Positions 31,859 to 33,517 of a DNA stretch of 33,517 nucleotides are shown here, in pieces. Source of the DNA: a virus; IMG/VR virus record IMGVR_UViG_3300031565_000199. One strand, written 5' to 3'. The notes under the pieces were generated by a model. The model worked only from the letters and a program-made list of their open reading frames with translations. It ran no database searches and was not told the origin of the DNA. A program made the position numbers and the translations under genes. Every line of letters starts with the position of its first letter. The stretch's first letter is position 1.

Positions 31859-32817
31859 TGTTCACCTTCTACGATCCGGACTGTTGCGACATCCGACTTG
31901 CATACCGATTGATAAGGGCAATCTGGGCAAGGGCTTTGATAAGCCGTCCGCCCGGTCGGTAGCCAGCATCCCGTTTCCTCGGCCAACTGGTACGATCTGA
32001 TTTGAGCGGCCATTTTTTCCCGAAATCGTTCGATCTGCTCCTCGGTGAAAGTGCACTCGTAAAGTGCCGGGAATCGCGGATCGCCCTTTTTCCGACCGTC
32101 TTTCGCGTTCGATTTCAGGGGAACCAGGCCATAAGGATAATATCGGTAAACCGCATGAGGCCATGTCGCAAATCTCTGTCCCTTTATATGACATTTCGTG
32201 CATTCTGGCAAAAGATTATTTTCGGGGAAATCGTGAATGTGCGGGTTGTCCGGCGCATAAGGTTCATCGTCGAGAAGGACAACCCCATATCGCATGGCAT
32301 AATTCTGTAGCGGAACCTGCTCGTCGTTTTGCATTGCGCGAATTTCCGGGCGCATCTTCCCGGTTTTCAATTCGTAAATGACGAGCCGATTTTTATTCGT
32401 TCTGAGCTGATCGAAACGTCCGCGAATCGTAACGGGTTTTATCATGGGATGTTCGAATCTGACATAAAACCATCGTTCGCTTGAGAGCAATTCGACTCCC
32501 TCGTTGTGTTGCCAGTAAACCTCGATCAATTCGATCATATCCACTTCTCGCTTTTCGCGCCCGGTTGCGCCCCAATCGACCGGGACATCCTCGTTATCGC
32601 GGATTTCCGAATCGATCATGTCGCGGCAAAGTGATGGGATGTCGTAATTGGGATTTTCGTGCAGAAGTTTTATAGCGGCATGAGAAGCGGAACCGATTAG
32701 AAATGCCGCTGACCGAAATGCGGGTTTATGATCCGGACTTGTTCGGTAGAATCGCTTTTTGTTACACTCGCTGAATTCTTTCAGGCCCGAATAACTATAT
32801 GCATGCTCAATATTCAC
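31855..32817 (-). CDS. PD-(D/E)XK nuclease, Cas4/RecB-like with Fe-S cysteines
   Basis: It has GRFDQL...VIYELKTGK (D...ExK) and a C-terminal CPDCPYQSVC (CX2CX5C), plus an N-terminal Cys (SECNKK). The likely start is the GTG at 32817, with a GGAGGAG RBS and a GTGA overlap. The track start at 32898 overlaps the upstream gene. Confidence 0.7.
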   Translation of the reverse strand: MNIEHAYSYSGLKEFSECNKKRFYRTSPDHKPAFRSAAFLIGSASHAAIKLLHENPNYDIPSLCRDMIDSEIRDNEDVPVDWGATGREKREVDMIELIEVYWQHNEGVELLSSERWFYVRFEHPMIKPVTIRGRFDQLRTNKNRLVIYELKTGKMRPEIRAMQNDEQVPLQNYAMRYGVVLLDDEPYAPDNPHIHDFPENNLLPECTKCHIKGQRFATWPHAVYRYYPYGLVPLKSNAKDGRKKGDPRFPALYECTFTEEQIERFREKMAAQIRSYQLAEETGCWLPTGRTAYQSPCPDCPYQSVCKSDVATVRIVEGEQ

Positions 32818-33104
32818 GAACGAATCTCCTCCTCTACAAACATCTCCTCGGTTTCGACCGTCACGGTTTCGATTTCCAAGGCGACCGGCCCGCGACAAAA
32901 GATACGCGCCGATTGCTCGTGGGTCGCGACGGTCTCGTACATCTTTTCCAGAATGTTGAATGCGCTGGTCTTCGACTTGCCCTCTATCTCCTCGGCAAGA
33001 ATACGGGAGGAGCCGGGGCTGGGAACGAAATCGACCTTTTCAAAAATGGTGACCTCGCCCTGTTTGTCGGTCATCTTCGTGACGATCCAGTGATGTGCAG
33101 ACAT
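32814..33104 (-). CDS. Hypothetical protein
   Basis: 96-aa ORF with a GGAGAGAAGG RBS. Confidence 0.55.
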   Translation of the reverse strand: MSAHHWIVTKMTDKQGEVTIFEKVDFVPSPGSSRILAEEIEGKSKTSAFNILEKMYETVATHEQSARIFCRGPVALEIETVTVETEEMFVEEEIRS

Positions 33105-33140
33105 TCCTTCTCTCCTGCGTTTAAGCGCGCCCGCATAAGA

Positions 33141-33350
33141 TCATATTTTCCCCGCTAACAATTTCCGCCGGTACGCCCGTGCGGACTCGCGGTCTACCAA
33201 ATACGTGCCAGTCTTACCGGGCAATTTATCGTACTTCAGATACCCCGCGAGGCAGAGTATCCGCACCGTGCCAATCGACTTGCCGAGCATTTTCGCGCAC
33301 TCGGCAAGCGTCATAGGTCGTTGTTTTCGTTTCGGTTTTTTGTCATTCAT
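33141..33350 (-). CDS. Helix-turn-helix DNA-binding protein (excisionase/MerR-like HTH)
   Basis: MTLAECAKMLGKSIGTVRILCLAGYLKY is an HTH_17-like motif. The ATG at 33350 overlaps the upstream stop by 8 nt. The track starts at the GTG at 33362. Confidence 0.6.
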   Translation of the reverse strand: MNDKKPKRKQRPMTLAECAKMLGKSIGTVRILCLAGYLKYDKLPGKTGTYLVDRESARAYRRKLLAGKI

Positions 33351-33517
33351 AATTTTCACCACAATAAAAACAATGTGTCTTAACGCGCTTTTTTTGTCCG
33401 CAAGCGGGGCATTTCCCGCGAGGTTCCCGCTCAGATTTAATCTTTTCTTTTATTTCCGCCAACTCATCCGCTTCCGGCATGTATCCAAAAAACAATTTAG
33501 TCACATGGCCGTTATGT
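33343..33517 (-). CDS. C-terminal part of the junction-spanning gene (33391..33517 duplicates 1..127)
   Basis: It is in frame with 1..300 across the junction and ends ...CPACGQKKRVKTHCFYCGENYE*, with the TGA at 33343-33345. Confidence 0.6.
   Translation of the reverse strand, partial: HNGHVTKLFFGYMPEADELAEIKEKIKSEREPRGKCPACGQKKRVKTHCFYCGENYE
33391..33517. repeat. Terminal direct repeat, copy 2
   Basis: Identical to bases 1..127. Confidence 0.9.

Noticed and set aside
20069-33362. Search for a lysogeny module (integrase, CI/Cro-type divergent repressor pair, excisionase)
   Set aside because: No tyrosine or serine recombinase motifs were seen, and there is no divergently transcribed gene anywhere. 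The small HTH proteins are co-directional early genes. The phage is therefore treated as probably virulent, though this cannot be proven from one sequence.
33391-33517. The terminal repeat as an IS/transposon end, LTR or attachment site
   Set aside because: The repeat is direct, lies inside a coding frame that continues across the junction, and no transposase or integrase is present. It is consistent with circular closure of an assembly.

Overview
The window is a complete, circularly closed genome of a tailed dsDNA phage. Bases 1-127 recur exactly at 33391-33517, one gene reads in frame across that junction, and the unique length is 33,390 bp. Every credible gene is on the minus strand: about 65, including about 10 short ones below the 60-aa cutoff of the ORF track. 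All long plus-strand ORFs are antisense shadows.

In the direction of transcription, a sigma70-like promoter (326-354) drives an early region that wraps through the junction and runs 33362 -> 20069. It encodes HTH proteins, a Cas4-like nuclease, a zinc-ribbon protein, an SMC/SbcC-like ATPase, a membrane-anchored RlpA/3D-like protein, an ASCH protein, many tiny translationally coupled ORFs, an HNH endonuclease, a wHTH protein, an M15 peptidase, an SPPY DNA methyltransferase and a replisome-organizer-like protein. An intrinsic terminator follows at 19928-19954.

The late region runs 19879 -> 447. It encodes a possible TerS, TerL, portal, scaffold, major capsid, head-tail joining proteins, tail tube, G/GT chaperones with a -1 slippery site, tape measure, Dit, a Tal-like protein, a glycine-rich fibre and small membrane proteins. 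It ends at an intrinsic terminator at 390-417. The architecture is siphovirus-like, and I saw no integrase, repressor, tRNA or CRISPR.

The stand-out is a ~3.3-kb island between the capsid and connector genes (11698-15029). It encodes three copies of a Maf/DUF115-like glycosyltransferase domain, a SAM methyltransferase domain and a GT-A-like domain, and is a candidate virion (or host-surface) glycosylation system.

All function calls rest on motif recognition by eye, since no searches were run. Hand-derived coordinates of short ORFs and motifs may be off by a base or two.
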